Assembly: GCA_041661605.1 (NCBI GenBank)
Contig: JBAZUE010000001.1
Coordinates: 414,928 to 478,927 of the forward strand
DNA length: 64,000 bases
Reading direction: 5' to 3'
DNA from: Candidatus Omnitrophota bacterium
GTDB taxonomy: Bacteria > Omnitrophota > Gorgyraeia > Gygaellales > Profunditerraquicolaceae
Below, in pieces: positions 18,729 to 28,789 of this stretch (position 1 is the stretch's first letter; each line of letters begins with the position of its first letter). A program made the translations under genes and the position numbers. The notes beneath the pieces are model-generated. The model searched no databases. It was not told the origin of the DNA and was given only the letters and a program-made list of their open reading frames with translations.

Positions 18729-19260
18729 ATAAAATTTTAAACCCTCTTTTTACGTAATCTATCCCTGAAATAACGGTAAAGATTACCGCAATCCACCAGA
18801 CAAAAACAGCTAATTCATATTGCAGCAATACGCAAAGCACTGAAAACATTTGAAAGGTGGTAGTAAGCTTACCCCATTTTGTAGGATGGACATCTAAGGA
18901 TTGCTTAACCATATAAATGACCACTGCCCCTATTATGATAATGATATCCCGCGATATAACTATAAAACTTACCCAAAGCGGGAATTTTAACGCAAGCCTG
19001 CTTATGGGTGATAAAAAAATAAAAGCGCTCATCAGCAAAAGCTTATCCCCCAGAGGGTCTAAAATTAATCCCGCCTTTGACTGCAACTTGGCTTTTCTGG
19101 CGATAAAACCATCCAGGCCATCGGAAATAACCCCCAGAATAAATATAACCAAAGCCAGGATTCTTAAAAATTGTCTTTCGGGAGTATAATACACAAGACA
19201 GGCAATAAAAAATGGCACGCTTAAAATACGGAACGTTGAGATTTTATTCGCTATATTCAT
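18697..19260 (-). CDS. pgsA: CDP-diacylglycerol--glycerol-3-phosphate 3-phosphatidyltransferase (CDP-alcohol phosphatidyltransferase family)
   Basis: DGLDGFIARKAKLQSKAGLILDPLGDKLL gives the DGx2ARx8Gx3Dx3D motif. 187 aa membrane protein. Confidence 0.85.
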   Translation of the reverse strand: MNIANKISTFRILSVPFFIACLVYYTPERQFLRILALVIFILGVISDGLDGFIARKAKLQSKAGLILDPLGDKLLLMSAFIFLSPISRLALKFPLWVSFIVISRDIIIIIGAVVIYMVKQSLDVHPTKWGKLTTTFQMFSVLCVLLQYELAVFVWWIAVIFTVISGIDYVKRGFKILYALDNRRLNN

Positions 19261-19832
19261 TTAATTATCCTTATGCGGTGTATCGGCCAATAAATAACCA
19301 TAGCCTGGCCAAGTAAATTCTTTTTAGGCACAAACCCCCAGTAACGGCTGTCCTTGGAAGAAAGAGAGTTATCACCTAAAACAAAATAGGAATCTTTCGG
19401 CACAACAATTTTTTGTCCTTCCGCAGCAAAATCCCCCCTATTATAGTAGTATATCTGTTTAAAAATAGGCTCTTCCACAGGCAAGTCGTTAATATAGATT
19501 GAGCCGCCTTTAATCTCCACGGTTTCACCCGGCAGGCCGACTAATCTCTTGATAAAATCTTTATTTTTATCCTCAGGGTAAATAAAAACTACCACCTCTC
19601 CTCTTTTTGGCTCCCTCAGGGCCGGCAGATAAAAATCAAGCAGCGGTACCTTGGCGCCGTAAATAAACTTATTTACTAATATCAGGTCTCCTTCCTGCAA
19701 GGTCATGCGCATCGATCCAGTGGGAATTTTAAAAGCCTGGACCAGGAATGTACGGATAACCATAGCCAGTAAGAAAGCTATAACAATAGATTCAACCCAA
19801 TCACGTAATACAGATTTCTTTTTTAAACTCAT
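19257..19832 (-). CDS. lepB: Signal peptidase I
   Basis: IPTGSMRMTLQEGDLILVNK (catalytic Ser box), IKRLVGLPGE and GDNSLSSKDSRYWG boxes. Confidence 0.9.
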   Translation of the reverse strand: MSLKKKSVLRDWVESIVIAFLLAMVIRTFLVQAFKIPTGSMRMTLQEGDLILVNKFIYGAKVPLLDFYLPALREPKRGEVVVFIYPEDKNKDFIKRLVGLPGETVEIKGGSIYINDLPVEEPIFKQIYYYNRGDFAAEGQKIVVPKDSYFVLGDNSLSSKDSRYWGFVPKKNLLGQAMVIYWPIHRIRIIK

Positions 19833-21628
19833 ATTTTTAATACCTCCAGAAATGCCTCTTGCGGGATCTCAACCTTGCCAAACTGCTTTAATCGTTTTTT
19901 GCCTTTCTTCTGTATATCCCAGAGCTTGCGTTTACGGGTAATGTCCCCTCCGGAACATTTACTCGTGGCATGTTTTCCAACCGGCCTGACCTTTTCAGAA
20001 GCCAGGATCTGGCTGCCTATAGCCGCCTGGATAACCACTTCAAACAACTGACGGGGAATCAGTTCTTTTAATTTACTTACTAAAAGATGGGCGCGTGAAG
20101 TCGCCTTTTCTTTAAACATCAGCGATGAAAAAGCATCGCAGACCTGGCTGTTTAACAATATATCAAGTTTCACCAATTTCGTCGGCACATATTCCTTAAA
20201 TTCATAATCCATAGAGCCGTATCCGCGGGTAATCGATTTAATCCGGTCATAAAAATCAACGATTATTTCAGAAAGAGGAATCTGAAAGATCACTTTTACG
20301 CGGTCTTCACTCAGGTACTCATTTGAAACAAATATCCCTCTTCGGGATTTTGTAAAATCGCATACCGCTTCAATGGAATCAACCGGAACAATCATCAAGA
20401 GACTTGCATAAGGCTCCTGTGCTTCGGCGATATCCTGGGAGGAGCAGAGTTTAGTCGGGGTATCCACTTCAATAAGCCGGCCATCCTTAGTTTTTATACG
20501 GTAAACTACATTTGGAACAGTAAGAATAAGGTTCAGATTGTATTCACGCTCAAGGCGTTCCTGGACAATCTCCATATGTAAAAGCCCCAGGAAACCGCAA
20601 CGAAAACCCGTCCCGAATGACTGGGAATTCTCCGGTTCAAATACAAAAGAAGCATCTGAAAGCTTTAATTTATCCATAGCATCGCGTAATTCCGGAAAAT
20701 CAGCCGGGTTAACCGGATAGATGCCGCAGAAAACCAAAGGCTTGACCTTACGGTAACCCGGTAAAGCAACGGAACAGGGATTCTTGGGATCGGTAATCGT
20801 GTCACCAATAATCACTTCCCGGGGATCACGCATGTTCGCGGTAAAGTAACCGACTTCCCCGCAGGTCAGGGAATCAACGGCTGTGTATTTCAAATCTTTA
20901 AAGACTCCCAGTTCTTCAATTTTATAGATTTTACCCGCATGGAACATTTTTAACTGGGTTTTAGGAGTAATTTGCCCATCGATAACTTTTACAAAAACGA
21001 CCACCCCTTTAAAAGCGTCAAAACGGCAATCGAAAATTAAAGCCTTAAGCGGTTCATCGATTTCTCCTCCAGGGGCGGGGATTGTTTCAATGATCCTGTC
21101 TAAAATCTCGATAACCCCTTTACCTTCTTTCGCTGATGCCAGGATAATCTCCTCTTCTTTAAATCCAAGGACAGTTTCTACCTGAGTCTTGACGCGCGCT
21201 ACATCGGCGGAAATCAAATCAATCTTATTAATTACCGGAATAACATGAAGGTTGTTTTCCAACGCCAGATAATAATTGCCTACGGTTTGGGCTTCTATGC
21301 CCTGACCGGCATCCACCACAAGTATAGCGCCTTCACAGGCAGCTAAAGATTTGGACACTTCATAAGTAAAATCCACATGGCCAGGAGTATCGATTAAATT
21401 CAGGATGTACTCTTTATTGAATTTCTTAGAGAAATAATTTAACCTGACCATGGAAGCCTTAATGGTTATGCCGCGTTCTTTCTCCAATTCCATGTCATCA
21501 AGCAGCTGGTCTCCTTTGTGACGGATATCAACAGCTCCGGTAAGTTCCAGAATCCTGTCGGCCAGAGTAGATTTACCATGGTCAATGTGAGCGATAATTG
21601 AAAAATTCCTAAGCAGCGATCTATCCAT
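19829..21628 (-). CDS. lepA: Elongation factor 4 (LepA)
   Basis: IRNFSIIAHIDHGKSTLADR G-domain. 599 aa, with the LepA-specific C-terminal region. Confidence 0.95.
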   Translation of the reverse strand: MDRSLLRNFSIIAHIDHGKSTLADRILELTGAVDIRHKGDQLLDDMELEKERGITIKASMVRLNYFSKKFNKEYILNLIDTPGHVDFTYEVSKSLAACEGAILVVDAGQGIEAQTVGNYYLALENNLHVIPVINKIDLISADVARVKTQVETVLGFKEEEIILASAKEGKGVIEILDRIIETIPAPGGEIDEPLKALIFDCRFDAFKGVVVFVKVIDGQITPKTQLKMFHAGKIYKIEELGVFKDLKYTAVDSLTCGEVGYFTANMRDPREVIIGDTITDPKNPCSVALPGYRKVKPLVFCGIYPVNPADFPELRDAMDKLKLSDASFVFEPENSQSFGTGFRCGFLGLLHMEIVQERLEREYNLNLILTVPNVVYRIKTKDGRLIEVDTPTKLCSSQDIAEAQEPYASLLMIVPVDSIEAVCDFTKSRRGIFVSNEYLSEDRVKVIFQIPLSEIIVDFYDRIKSITRGYGSMDYEFKEYVPTKLVKLDILLNSQVCDAFSSLMFKEKATSRAHLLVSKLKELIPRQLFEVVIQAAIGSQILASEKVRPVGKHATSKCSGGDITRKRKLWDIQKKGKKRLKQFGKVEIPQEAFLEVLKI

Positions 21629-22283
21629 TTTTTTTACATAACTCCAGCATCTTCTCTACAACCCCTTCTATGGGAAGCTCCGTAGTATCGATATAAATCG
21701 CATCTATGGCCTTACGCAAAGGGGAAACCTCCCGGCTGGAATCAATTTTATCCCTATTGGCCAGATCTTTAGCGACATCAACTTCGGCGACATCCTGGTT
21801 TAACCCTTTTAATTCTTTGAAACGCCTGTTCGTGCGTACCTCTGAAGAAGCATCAATAAAGAACTTTTTCTGGGCATCAGGAAAAACTACCGTGCCTATA
21901 TCCCTTCCCTCTAAAACACAATCACCCTTCTGCCCGAGTTCTCTTTGCAGCTTAACCAACACCTGACGCACACCTTTAATTTTAGAAACATCGGAAACAA
22001 ACCTGGTAATCCGGGGCTGGCGTATATCCAAAGAAACATCCCTGCCGTCAAGAAAAACGCTTAATGAGCCGTCATGATTGCTGCGTAAATCTATTCTTGC
22101 TTTTAAAGCCAGCTCGTTGATTTTATTCTCGTCACTAACATCGATGTTATTTTCCAGTACTTTCAAAGTCAACGCCCTATACATCGCACCGGTATCTATA
22201 TAAAGGAAACCCAGCTTTTTAGCCAGGATTTTGGCTACCGTACTCTTTCCAGCTCCGGCTGGACCATCAATGGCAACAATCAT
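21621..22283 (-). CDS. cmk: Cytidylate kinase
   Basis: MIVAIDGPAGAGKSTVAKILAKKLGFLYIDTGAMYRA. Confidence 0.95.
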   Translation of the reverse strand: MIVAIDGPAGAGKSTVAKILAKKLGFLYIDTGAMYRALTLKVLENNIDVSDENKINELALKARIDLRSNHDGSLSVFLDGRDVSLDIRQPRITRFVSDVSKIKGVRQVLVKLQRELGQKGDCVLEGRDIGTVVFPDAQKKFFIDASSEVRTNRRFKELKGLNQDVAEVDVAKDLANRDKIDSSREVSPLRKAIDAIYIDTTELPIEGVVEKMLELCKKNG

Positions 22284-23110
22284 CCCAGTTTCTCTCTTTT
22301 TTTATTGGCGGCTGAAAGGATATTTACTAATAATTTCTTGTTTTTGCTTTTCAAGGCAAGTTTTAAAACGGTAAGCTTAGCTTGGAAGGCTGATATAGAA
22401 GACAACAAGTTCCTCTGGTTGTTTAAAAAAACTTCACTCCAAAGATTGGCGTCTGAAGCCGAAATCCGCGTGGAATCCTTTAGTCCTCCGGAACTTAAAC
22501 TTAAATATTGCGTTGGAATACAACCGATAAGGGAAAAGGCAGCGGCATGCGGCAGGTGGCTGGTAAAAGCTAAAATCCGGTCATGTTTTTCCGGGGAAAG
22601 AATGACTACCCGGCTGCCTAATTTACGCCAAAGAAGAACAACTTTTTTCAAAATCATTTTATTGGTTTTAGCGTTGGGGGTAATAATACAAATGGAATTT
22701 TTGAAAATATCTTTCTGAAGATTAGCTGCCCCCTTTCGTTCCGAACCCGCCAATGGGTGACATCCGATAAAATTAGGGATAAGCGGACTTATTTTAGAAA
22801 CAAGACCCTCTTTAGTGCTGCCTACGTCAATAACTATACAATCTTTCTTTATCTTTTTTGCGATCTTAAACGCGGTATCAATGATTGCATTAATCGGCAT
22901 TGCCAATACAATGAGGTCAGCGTCTTTTACCGCTTCCAGGGACCTGCCTGCATAATCAATGGCTCCGGATTTCCTGGCTAAGCTGGCATTTTTTTGATGG
23001 CGGCTTAATCCAGTGATCCGGGCAACTAAATGTTTTTCTTTTAAAGCCAGCCCCAGAGATCCCCCGATTAAACCAGTCCCGATAATTACTGTCTTATTAA
23101 ACAGCCGCAT
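22280..23110 (-). CDS. tyrA: Prephenate (or arogenate) dehydrogenase
   Basis: Rossmann motif VIIGTGLIGGSLGLALK and CHPLAGSE. It sits in an aromatic-biosynthesis gene context. Confidence 0.85.
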   Translation of the reverse strand: MRLFNKTVIIGTGLIGGSLGLALKEKHLVARITGLSRHQKNASLARKSGAIDYAGRSLEAVKDADLIVLAMPINAIIDTAFKIAKKIKKDCIVIDVGSTKEGLVSKISPLIPNFIGCHPLAGSERKGAANLQKDIFKNSICIITPNAKTNKMILKKVVLLWRKLGSRVVILSPEKHDRILAFTSHLPHAAAFSLIGCIPTQYLSLSSGGLKDSTRISASDANLWSEVFLNNQRNLLSSISAFQAKLTVLKLALKSKNKKLLVNILSAANKKREKLG

Positions 23111-24126
23111 TAAATCGTCCTCCCCACAGAATCAGCAATTCCTTTAAGCTCGCCCATAAGGGTAGAAAATTTATCAGGGACAAGCGACTGTTCGCCGTCA
23201 GAAACAGCCTCTTCGGGATGATTGTGGACTTCAATAATTAAACCGTCGCAACCGGCGGCAACTCCTGCCTTAGCCAAAGCCGGCACCAATCCCCATTTGC
23301 CGGCAGCATGTGACGGATCGACTATAATCGGCAGATGAGACAACTGCTTGGTAACCGGAATTGCGCTTATATCAAGAGTATTCCGCGTAGAATCTTCAAA
23401 GGTGCGTATTCCCCTTTCGCAAAGAATCACCGAGAAATTGCCTCCGCTTAATATATACTCAGCGGACATAAGCATATCCTTAACAGAAGAGGCCATCCCG
23501 CGTTTTAAGAGTACGGGTTTCTTGGCAGCCCCAACCTCCTTTAGCAAATTAAAATTCTGCATATTCCGGCAGCCAATCTGCAGGATATCGACATAATCAG
23601 CCACCAGCCCCACATCACGCGGATCCATTACTTCGCTTACTGTGACTAAATTTAATTCAGTACCTACCTCCCTAAGCATCTGCAGGCCTGCTTTACCTAA
23701 TCCCTGGAAACTGTAAGGAGATGTCCTGGGCTTAAAAGCCCCGCCGCGAAGGACAGTGGCGCCGGCTTTCTTTATTTGGCTGCCGATTTCAAACAAGCGG
23801 TCGATATTCTCAATCGAGCAGGGCCCGGCCATAATCACTAAAGCCTTGCCCCCTATTTTTACCCCCTTACCAAGATCAATTACCGAATCCTCTTTTTTGA
23901 ACTCACGGGAAACCAGCCGATATGGAGCAAGCACGGGAATGACTTTCTCAACTCCCGGGAAGACCTCTAAGGGGGTAACCCGCAAGACATCTTCCGGGCC
24001 GATAACCCCGATGATTGTCCTCTCTGAACCCTTAGAAACATGAGGAGTTAGACCCAACCCTTTTACCTTTTCAATAATATGGTTAACTTCTGCTTCGGTA
24101 GCCTGCGGCCTTAGAACAATAATCAT
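23110..24126 (-). CDS. aroF: 3-deoxy-7-phosphoheptulonate (DAHP) synthase, type I-beta with an N-terminal ferredoxin-like regulatory domain
   Basis: The N-terminus MIIVLRPQATEAEVNHIIEKVKGLGL is followed by a KDO8PS/DAHPS-I-beta core (AGPCSIE, LRGGAFKPRTSPYSFQGLG, IVDPSHA). Confidence 0.9.
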   Translation of the reverse strand: MIIVLRPQATEAEVNHIIEKVKGLGLTPHVSKGSERTIIGVIGPEDVLRVTPLEVFPGVEKVIPVLAPYRLVSREFKKEDSVIDLGKGVKIGGKALVIMAGPCSIENIDRLFEIGSQIKKAGATVLRGGAFKPRTSPYSFQGLGKAGLQMLREVGTELNLVTVSEVMDPRDVGLVADYVDILQIGCRNMQNFNLLKEVGAAKKPVLLKRGMASSVKDMLMSAEYILSGGNFSVILCERGIRTFEDSTRNTLDISAIPVTKQLSHLPIIVDPSHAAGKWGLVPALAKAGVAAGCDGLIIEVHNHPEEAVSDGEQSLVPDKFSTLMGELKGIADSVGRTI

Positions 24127-25223
24127 TAGATTTTCTCCTTAAGCACTTTTCTTAAAACACGGATGAATCTTTCATTTTCTTTTTGGGTACCGATAGTTAC
24201 ACGGATAAAATCTTTTAAGCCATATTGTTTCATGTCCCGGACAATTACTCCAAATTTAAGCATAGCTTTGAAAACTTCCAAACTATCTTTGCCTGTATCA
24301 ACCAGGATAAAATTCGCCACTGAAGGCAGGAAACCGAGCCCCATCCCGGAAAGCTCCTTATAAATAAAATCTTTACCCGTCAGCACCATCCTGCGCGACT
24401 TCTTAAGGAAATCCTTGTCGTCTAAAGCGGCCAGCCCTGCCTCCTGCGCCAGCATATTAACGTTAAAGGGCTGCCTGACCCTTTCCATGTAAGAAATAAG
24501 TTCGCCCTCGGCAACAGCGTATCCCAGTCGTAATCCTGCCAAGCCATATGCCTTGGAAAAAGTCTTAAGGATAATAATCTTCTTTTTTCTTCTCAAATAA
24601 GACAAGGAATCCGGGTAATCGTCAACATCAATAAAAGCATCATAGGCTTCATCAAAAACAACCACTACTGATTCAGGCAGGGCGCTCAGGAAATCGGCGA
24701 CTTCATATTTAGTTACATATGTGCCGGTTGGGTTGTTAGGGTTAGCGATAAAAACTAACTTTGTTTTTTTATCTACCAGCTTAAGCATCGCAGCAAGGTC
24801 ATATTTAAAATAACGTAAAGGCGCCTTCTTGATCTTACGGTCATTGACCTGCGCGATAATTTCATATTCCAGAAATGTCGTATCAGAAGTAACGATATTT
24901 TCATCGGGCTCCACAAAAGTCTTAATCACTACATCGATAAGTTCATCAGAACCATTACCAAGGATAAAATTCTCCGGCTCAAGGGAAAAATACCTGGCCA
25001 GGCGCTTCTTCAAATAAAACCCCTGCGCATCCGGATAACGGTTGATTCCATTCAAGCACTTTTTTATCGCGTTGACCGCTTTGGGTGAAGGGCCAAGCGG
25101 ATTTTCATTAGAAGCCAGCTTGATTACCTGCTTTAACCCTAGCTGCCTTTTGGTTTCCTCAATCGGCTTTCCGGGAACATAAGGTTTTACATTCAAAACA
25201 CTGTTACGCACCAATTCTTTCAC
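24126..25223 (-). CDS. hisC: Histidinol-phosphate/aromatic aminotransferase (class II PLP aminotransferase)
   Basis: KLASNENPLGPSP, FIANPNNPTG and TFSKAYGLAGLRLGY motifs. Its position in an aromatic amino-acid cluster suggests an aromatic aminotransferase role. Confidence 0.85.
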   Translation of the reverse strand: MKELVRNSVLNVKPYVPGKPIEETKRQLGLKQVIKLASNENPLGPSPKAVNAIKKCLNGINRYPDAQGFYLKKRLARYFSLEPENFILGNGSDELIDVVIKTFVEPDENIVTSDTTFLEYEIIAQVNDRKIKKAPLRYFKYDLAAMLKLVDKKTKLVFIANPNNPTGTYVTKYEVADFLSALPESVVVVFDEAYDAFIDVDDYPDSLSYLRRKKKIIILKTFSKAYGLAGLRLGYAVAEGELISYMERVRQPFNVNMLAQEAGLAALDDKDFLKKSRRMVLTGKDFIYKELSGMGLGFLPSVANFILVDTGKDSLEVFKAMLKFGVIVRDMKQYGLKDFIRVTIGTQKENERFIRVLRKVLKEKI

Positions 25224-25230
25224 TTTACTA

Positions 25231-26292
25231 TCACTCTCCTATAGGGTAAGAACCCAGTATCTTTAAATATGTACATCTACGTTCCAACTCCTTTAACGCC
25301 TTCTTAATCTTATAATCATCCTGATGTCCTGAAATATCAACAAAGAAATAATATTCCCAGGCCTTCTTTTTTGACGGCCGGGATTCAATCTTTGTAAGGT
25401 TAACTCCATATTTACGAAAAGGCAAAAGCATCTCATACAAAGCGCCTACGTGGTCTTTAATTGAAAAGAGTAACGAAGTCTTATCATGCCCTGTACGGGC
25501 TGCAACATTTTTGCCCACCACCAGGAAACGAGTGATATTTTGTAAAGAATCCTGAATGCCGCAAGAGAGCACTTTTAATCCATATACCTTAGAAGCCAAA
25601 AGAGAAGCGATAGCCGCGCTGTTTTTCTCTTTTCTTGCCAGTTCAGCCGCACGGGTAGTACTGGATACGTCTATCAGCTCGGCATTAGGCAAATTCTTTT
25701 GCAGCCAGATACGGCATTGGCCAAAAACCTGGGGGTTAGAATAAATCTTATGGATTTTATTTTTCGGGCAATTTGCTAACAAATTATGCGACACATTTAA
25801 GATAACCTGCGAACAAATCTTCAGTTCTGAATCTACCAGCATGTCTAAAGTGTGAGTTACCGCTCCCTCAATAGAATTCTCCACAGGCACAACTCCGTAA
25901 TCCGCCGCTCCTCTTTCTACCTCCAGAAATACTTCAGGGATGCTTCCGCAGGCAACATAATCCATCTGTGAACCAAATCTTTTTAAAGCCGCCAGGTTAC
26001 TGAAAGAAGCCTGAGGCCCCATATAAGCAACTTTTAAAAGTTTTTCCAAAGCAAGGCTGGCGGACATAATTTCCCGGTATATTGCTTCAAGGGCGCTCTT
26101 TTTCAGAGGCCCCTTATTCAAACTGGAGATTCTACGCAAAACCTGCATCTCTCTTTCGGGCGAATAAATACATTTACCGGTGTTAATCTTTTCCTTGCCG
26201 ATATCCTTGGTTGTTTCAGCCCGCAAATTCAATAAATTGATCAGCTTCCGGTCGAGCATATCAATCTTCTTACGCATTTTGTCCAGGGTCAT
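25231..26292 (-). CDS. pheA: Bifunctional chorismate mutase / prephenate dehydratase
   Basis: CM domain (MTLDKMRKKIDMLDRKLINLLNLRAE), PDT domain and C-terminal ACT (ESRPS). The start is set at the ATG at 26292, with GGAGG 6 nt upstream. The longer ORF-track start would overlap scpB by 120 nt. Confidence 0.9.
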   Translation of the reverse strand: MTLDKMRKKIDMLDRKLINLLNLRAETTKDIGKEKINTGKCIYSPEREMQVLRRISSLNKGPLKKSALEAIYREIMSASLALEKLLKVAYMGPQASFSNLAALKRFGSQMDYVACGSIPEVFLEVERGAADYGVVPVENSIEGAVTHTLDMLVDSELKICSQVILNVSHNLLANCPKNKIHKIYSNPQVFGQCRIWLQKNLPNAELIDVSSTTRAAELARKEKNSAAIASLLASKVYGLKVLSCGIQDSLQNITRFLVVGKNVAARTGHDKTSLLFSIKDHVGALYEMLLPFRKYGVNLTKIESRPSKKKAWEYYFFVDISGHQDDYKIKKALKELERRCTYLKILGSYPIGE

Positions 26293-26878
26293 TTTTAGCC
26301 TCCAGATTCTCATCGGGTACCGGTTCAATATCAGTTTTTGCTTCCATTTCCTTAGCCATGGCGCTAAATTCATCCATTTTAGGAAGATCATCTAAGGACT
26401 TCAAACCGAAATGCTCTAAAAACTGCCGGGTTGTGCCATAAACAAAAGGCCTGCCGGGGATCTTTTTCCTGCCGCAGATACGAATCAAATTTTTATCCAG
26501 GAGGCTTTTCATTACGCCATCGACGTTTACATTCCTCAAAGACTCAATTTCAGCCCTGGTGAGCGGTTGTTTATAAGCGATAATCGCCAGACTTTCAAGA
26601 GCAGGCTTGGATAATTTATCGCTGAACCGGCATTTAAATAGTTTCTTTAAGAACGGCGCAAAAGCAGTGGAGGTAATCATTTGAAACCCTCCGGCAATTT
26701 CAACTATACGCAGGCCCCGGTTTTGAGCTTCGTATTCTGTTTTTAACTCATCGATATTCTTACGCACGCCGGCTGCGTCCGGAATATCCAGGACTTTTTT
26801 TATCTGTTCCATAGTCAACGGCTTATCCGATGCGAAAATCAAGGCTTCTATGGCTGATTTCAGGTTATTTTCTTCCAT
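26270..26878 (-). CDS. scpB: Segregation and condensation protein B
   Basis: AIEALIFASDKPLTMEQI ... AYKQPLTRAEIESLRNVNVDGVMKSLLDKNLI ... GRPFVYGTT. Confidence 0.9.
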   Translation of the reverse strand: MEENNLKSAIEALIFASDKPLTMEQIKKVLDIPDAAGVRKNIDELKTEYEAQNRGLRIVEIAGGFQMITSTAFAPFLKKLFKCRFSDKLSKPALESLAIIAYKQPLTRAEIESLRNVNVDGVMKSLLDKNLIRICGRKKIPGRPFVYGTTRQFLEHFGLKSLDDLPKMDEFSAMAKEMEAKTDIEPVPDENLEAKNDPGQNA

Positions 26879-26882
26879 GGCT

Positions 26883-27506
26883 TTATTTTAAACGCCTTTG
26901 TTTATAAACCAGATTCAATAATTCTTCAGTAGTAACAACCTGAGTATTTGATTCCAGAACTTTTTTAATCATACTGGTGGCTTCGGCTCTTTTATATTCC
27001 AGCTGTAACAATACATCTAAAGCTTCTTCAGATATATCTTTTGCCGCAGATTTTACCTGCATATCGCGGTCCTGGATCAAACCAAATTTACCTACTTTAT
27101 TTTGCAGCTTAGCCACAATTTCTTTAGCCCTCTGCTCGCCTATACCGGGGAGGGACTTAAGAAAGACTAAATCTCCTTCATCAATCGCCCTGGCTATCGA
27201 TGAAATAGGCTTATTCAACGCTCTTAACGCAGCGCGCGGGCCTATCCCCGAAACAGTAATAAAAACTTCAAAAAAATCTTTCTCTACCTGGCTTAAGAAT
27301 CCGATCAGTATCGGAAGACTCTTGGCCTGATCTACCTGGTAATAATGGTAGGTCAACAAGGTAATTTTACCGTCCGAACCGCATGACTCATCAATACGCT
27401 GCATAACGCAGGCAGGAATAAGCACATCATAACCCATTCCTCCTAAGTCCAGGACTAAACAATTTGTCCCTTTTTCCGAGATCTTGCCAGTAATTCTAGA
27501 GATCAT
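26883..27506 (-). CDS. ruvA: Holliday junction DNA helicase subunit RuvA
   Basis: MISRITGKI..., SGIGPRAALRAL, LPGIGEQRAKEI HhH motifs. Confidence 0.9.
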   Translation of the reverse strand: MISRITGKISEKGTNCLVLDLGGMGYDVLIPACVMQRIDESCGSDGKITLLTYHYYQVDQAKSLPILIGFLSQVEKDFFEVFITVSGIGPRAALRALNKPISSIARAIDEGDLVFLKSLPGIGEQRAKEIVAKLQNKVGKFGLIQDRDMQVKSAAKDISEEALDVLLQLEYKRAEATSMIKKVLESNTQVVTTEELLNLVYKQRRLK

Positions 27507-27985
27507 ATTCTTGACTTCATAATATAGCTATGCGCTATAGCCAAGGCTAAGGCGTCAGTAACATCCATATAGGATGGCAATGTTTTCAGGCCTAAAGTAT
27601 TGGCAACCATCCTCTGAACCTGGGCTTTAGAAGCCAGCCCCTTGCCGACTATTGCCTTTTTTATACGAGTGGCGCTATATTCAAAGAAAGGAATCTTCTT
27701 GTTTGCCGCCGCCAGGCAAATGACTCCTCTTGCCTGGCCTAAAATATAAGATGTCGTGGGGTGCCGGTAATGCGAATATATTTTCTCGAGCACCAGGCAA
27801 TGCGGAGACGTATCATCAATTAATTTAATAATCCCGCGGTATATTTTTTCCAGCCGCTTTGAAGTATCCTCTTTTGCCTGAGTCTGGATTATTCCCGCTT
27901 CAACTAAAACTAAACAATTTCCTTTTACCTGAATCAGGCCATAGCCAGTGGTAGCTAAGGCAGGGTCGATCCCTAAAATAATCAT
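27503..27985 (-). CDS. ruvC: Crossover junction endodeoxyribonuclease RuvC
   Basis: MIILGIDPALATTGYGLI ... VLEKIY ... DALALAIAH. Confidence 0.95.
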   Translation of the reverse strand: MIILGIDPALATTGYGLIQVKGNCLVLVEAGIIQTQAKEDTSKRLEKIYRGIIKLIDDTSPHCLVLEKIYSHYRHPTTSYILGQARGVICLAAANKKIPFFEYSATRIKKAIVGKGLASKAQVQRMVANTLGLKTLPSYMDVTDALALAIAHSYIMKSRI

Positions 27986-28737
27986 CCTTCAGAAGCAACC
28001 TCATTCATAATTTCATCCGGGATATCAAAATTAGCGTAAACCTGCTGCACATCGTCATGTTCTTCCAGGGTCTCCACTAAAGCCAGCACCTGTCTTGCCT
28101 CGTTTCCTGTAACCTTTACGGTAGAAGAGGGAATCATGGTTAATTCAGCATCAGCCCATTTAATCCCCTTGTCCTGAAGCGCCTGTTTTACCTTTTCTAA
28201 ATCCTGAACCGAGGTAAAAATTTCATAGAGATCATCTTCATGCTTCATGTCTTCAGCCCCGGCATCCAGGACAATATTCATAAGCTCATCTTCCTTAACC
28301 GTATCTTTAGAAACTGAAATATAACCTTTTTGCGTGAACATCCAGCTGACTGAACCGGCACCGGCCATATTTCCGGCTCGTTTTGACATAATATTGCGCA
28401 GCTCAGCAGTTGTACGATTCTTGTTATCGGTAAGCGAATCAACCAAAATCGCCACGCCTCCCGGGCCATAAGCCTCATACATCACCGCCTCATAAACTAC
28501 CCCGGGAAGCTCTCCGGTACCCCGCTTAATCGCCATCTTTACATTATCCGAAGGCATATTCGCTTCCTTGGCCTTCTGCATTATCGCGCGCAGGCGCGGA
28601 TTTGTATCGGGGTTTCCACCGCCATCCCTGGCTACCACAACAAGCTCTTTGATGATTTTAGTAAAAGTTGCCCCTCTCTTAGCATCAGCTATGCCTTTTT
28701 TGCCTTTATTCGTCTTCCATTTTGAATGACCTGACAT
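27982..28737 (-). CDS. YebC/PmpR family DNA-binding transcriptional regulator
   Basis: MSGHSKWKTNKGKKGIADAKRG is the family N-terminus. The start is set at the ATG at 28737 (AAGGAGGAA upstream). The 41-codon extension in the ORF track runs into rnpB. Confidence 0.9.
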   Translation of the reverse strand: MSGHSKWKTNKGKKGIADAKRGATFTKIIKELVVVARDGGGNPDTNPRLRAIMQKAKEANMPSDNVKMAIKRGTGELPGVVYEAVMYEAYGPGGVAILVDSLTDNKNRTTAELRNIMSKRAGNMAGAGSVSWMFTQKGYISVSKDTVKEDELMNIVLDAGAEDMKHEDDLYEIFTSVQDLEKVKQALQDKGIKWADAELTMIPSSTVKVTGNEARQVLALVETLEEHDDVQQVYANFDIPDEIMNEVASEG

Positions 28738-28789
28738 AAGTTCCTCCTTTAAGATTGATATTGCGCTAGTGTGGCCTCGTGGCCAATTT

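Noticed and set aside
26293-26391. 33-codon N-terminal extension of pheA
   Set aside because: It would overlap scpB by 120 nt. The ATG at 26292 has GGAGG at ideal spacing and begins the chorismate mutase helix.
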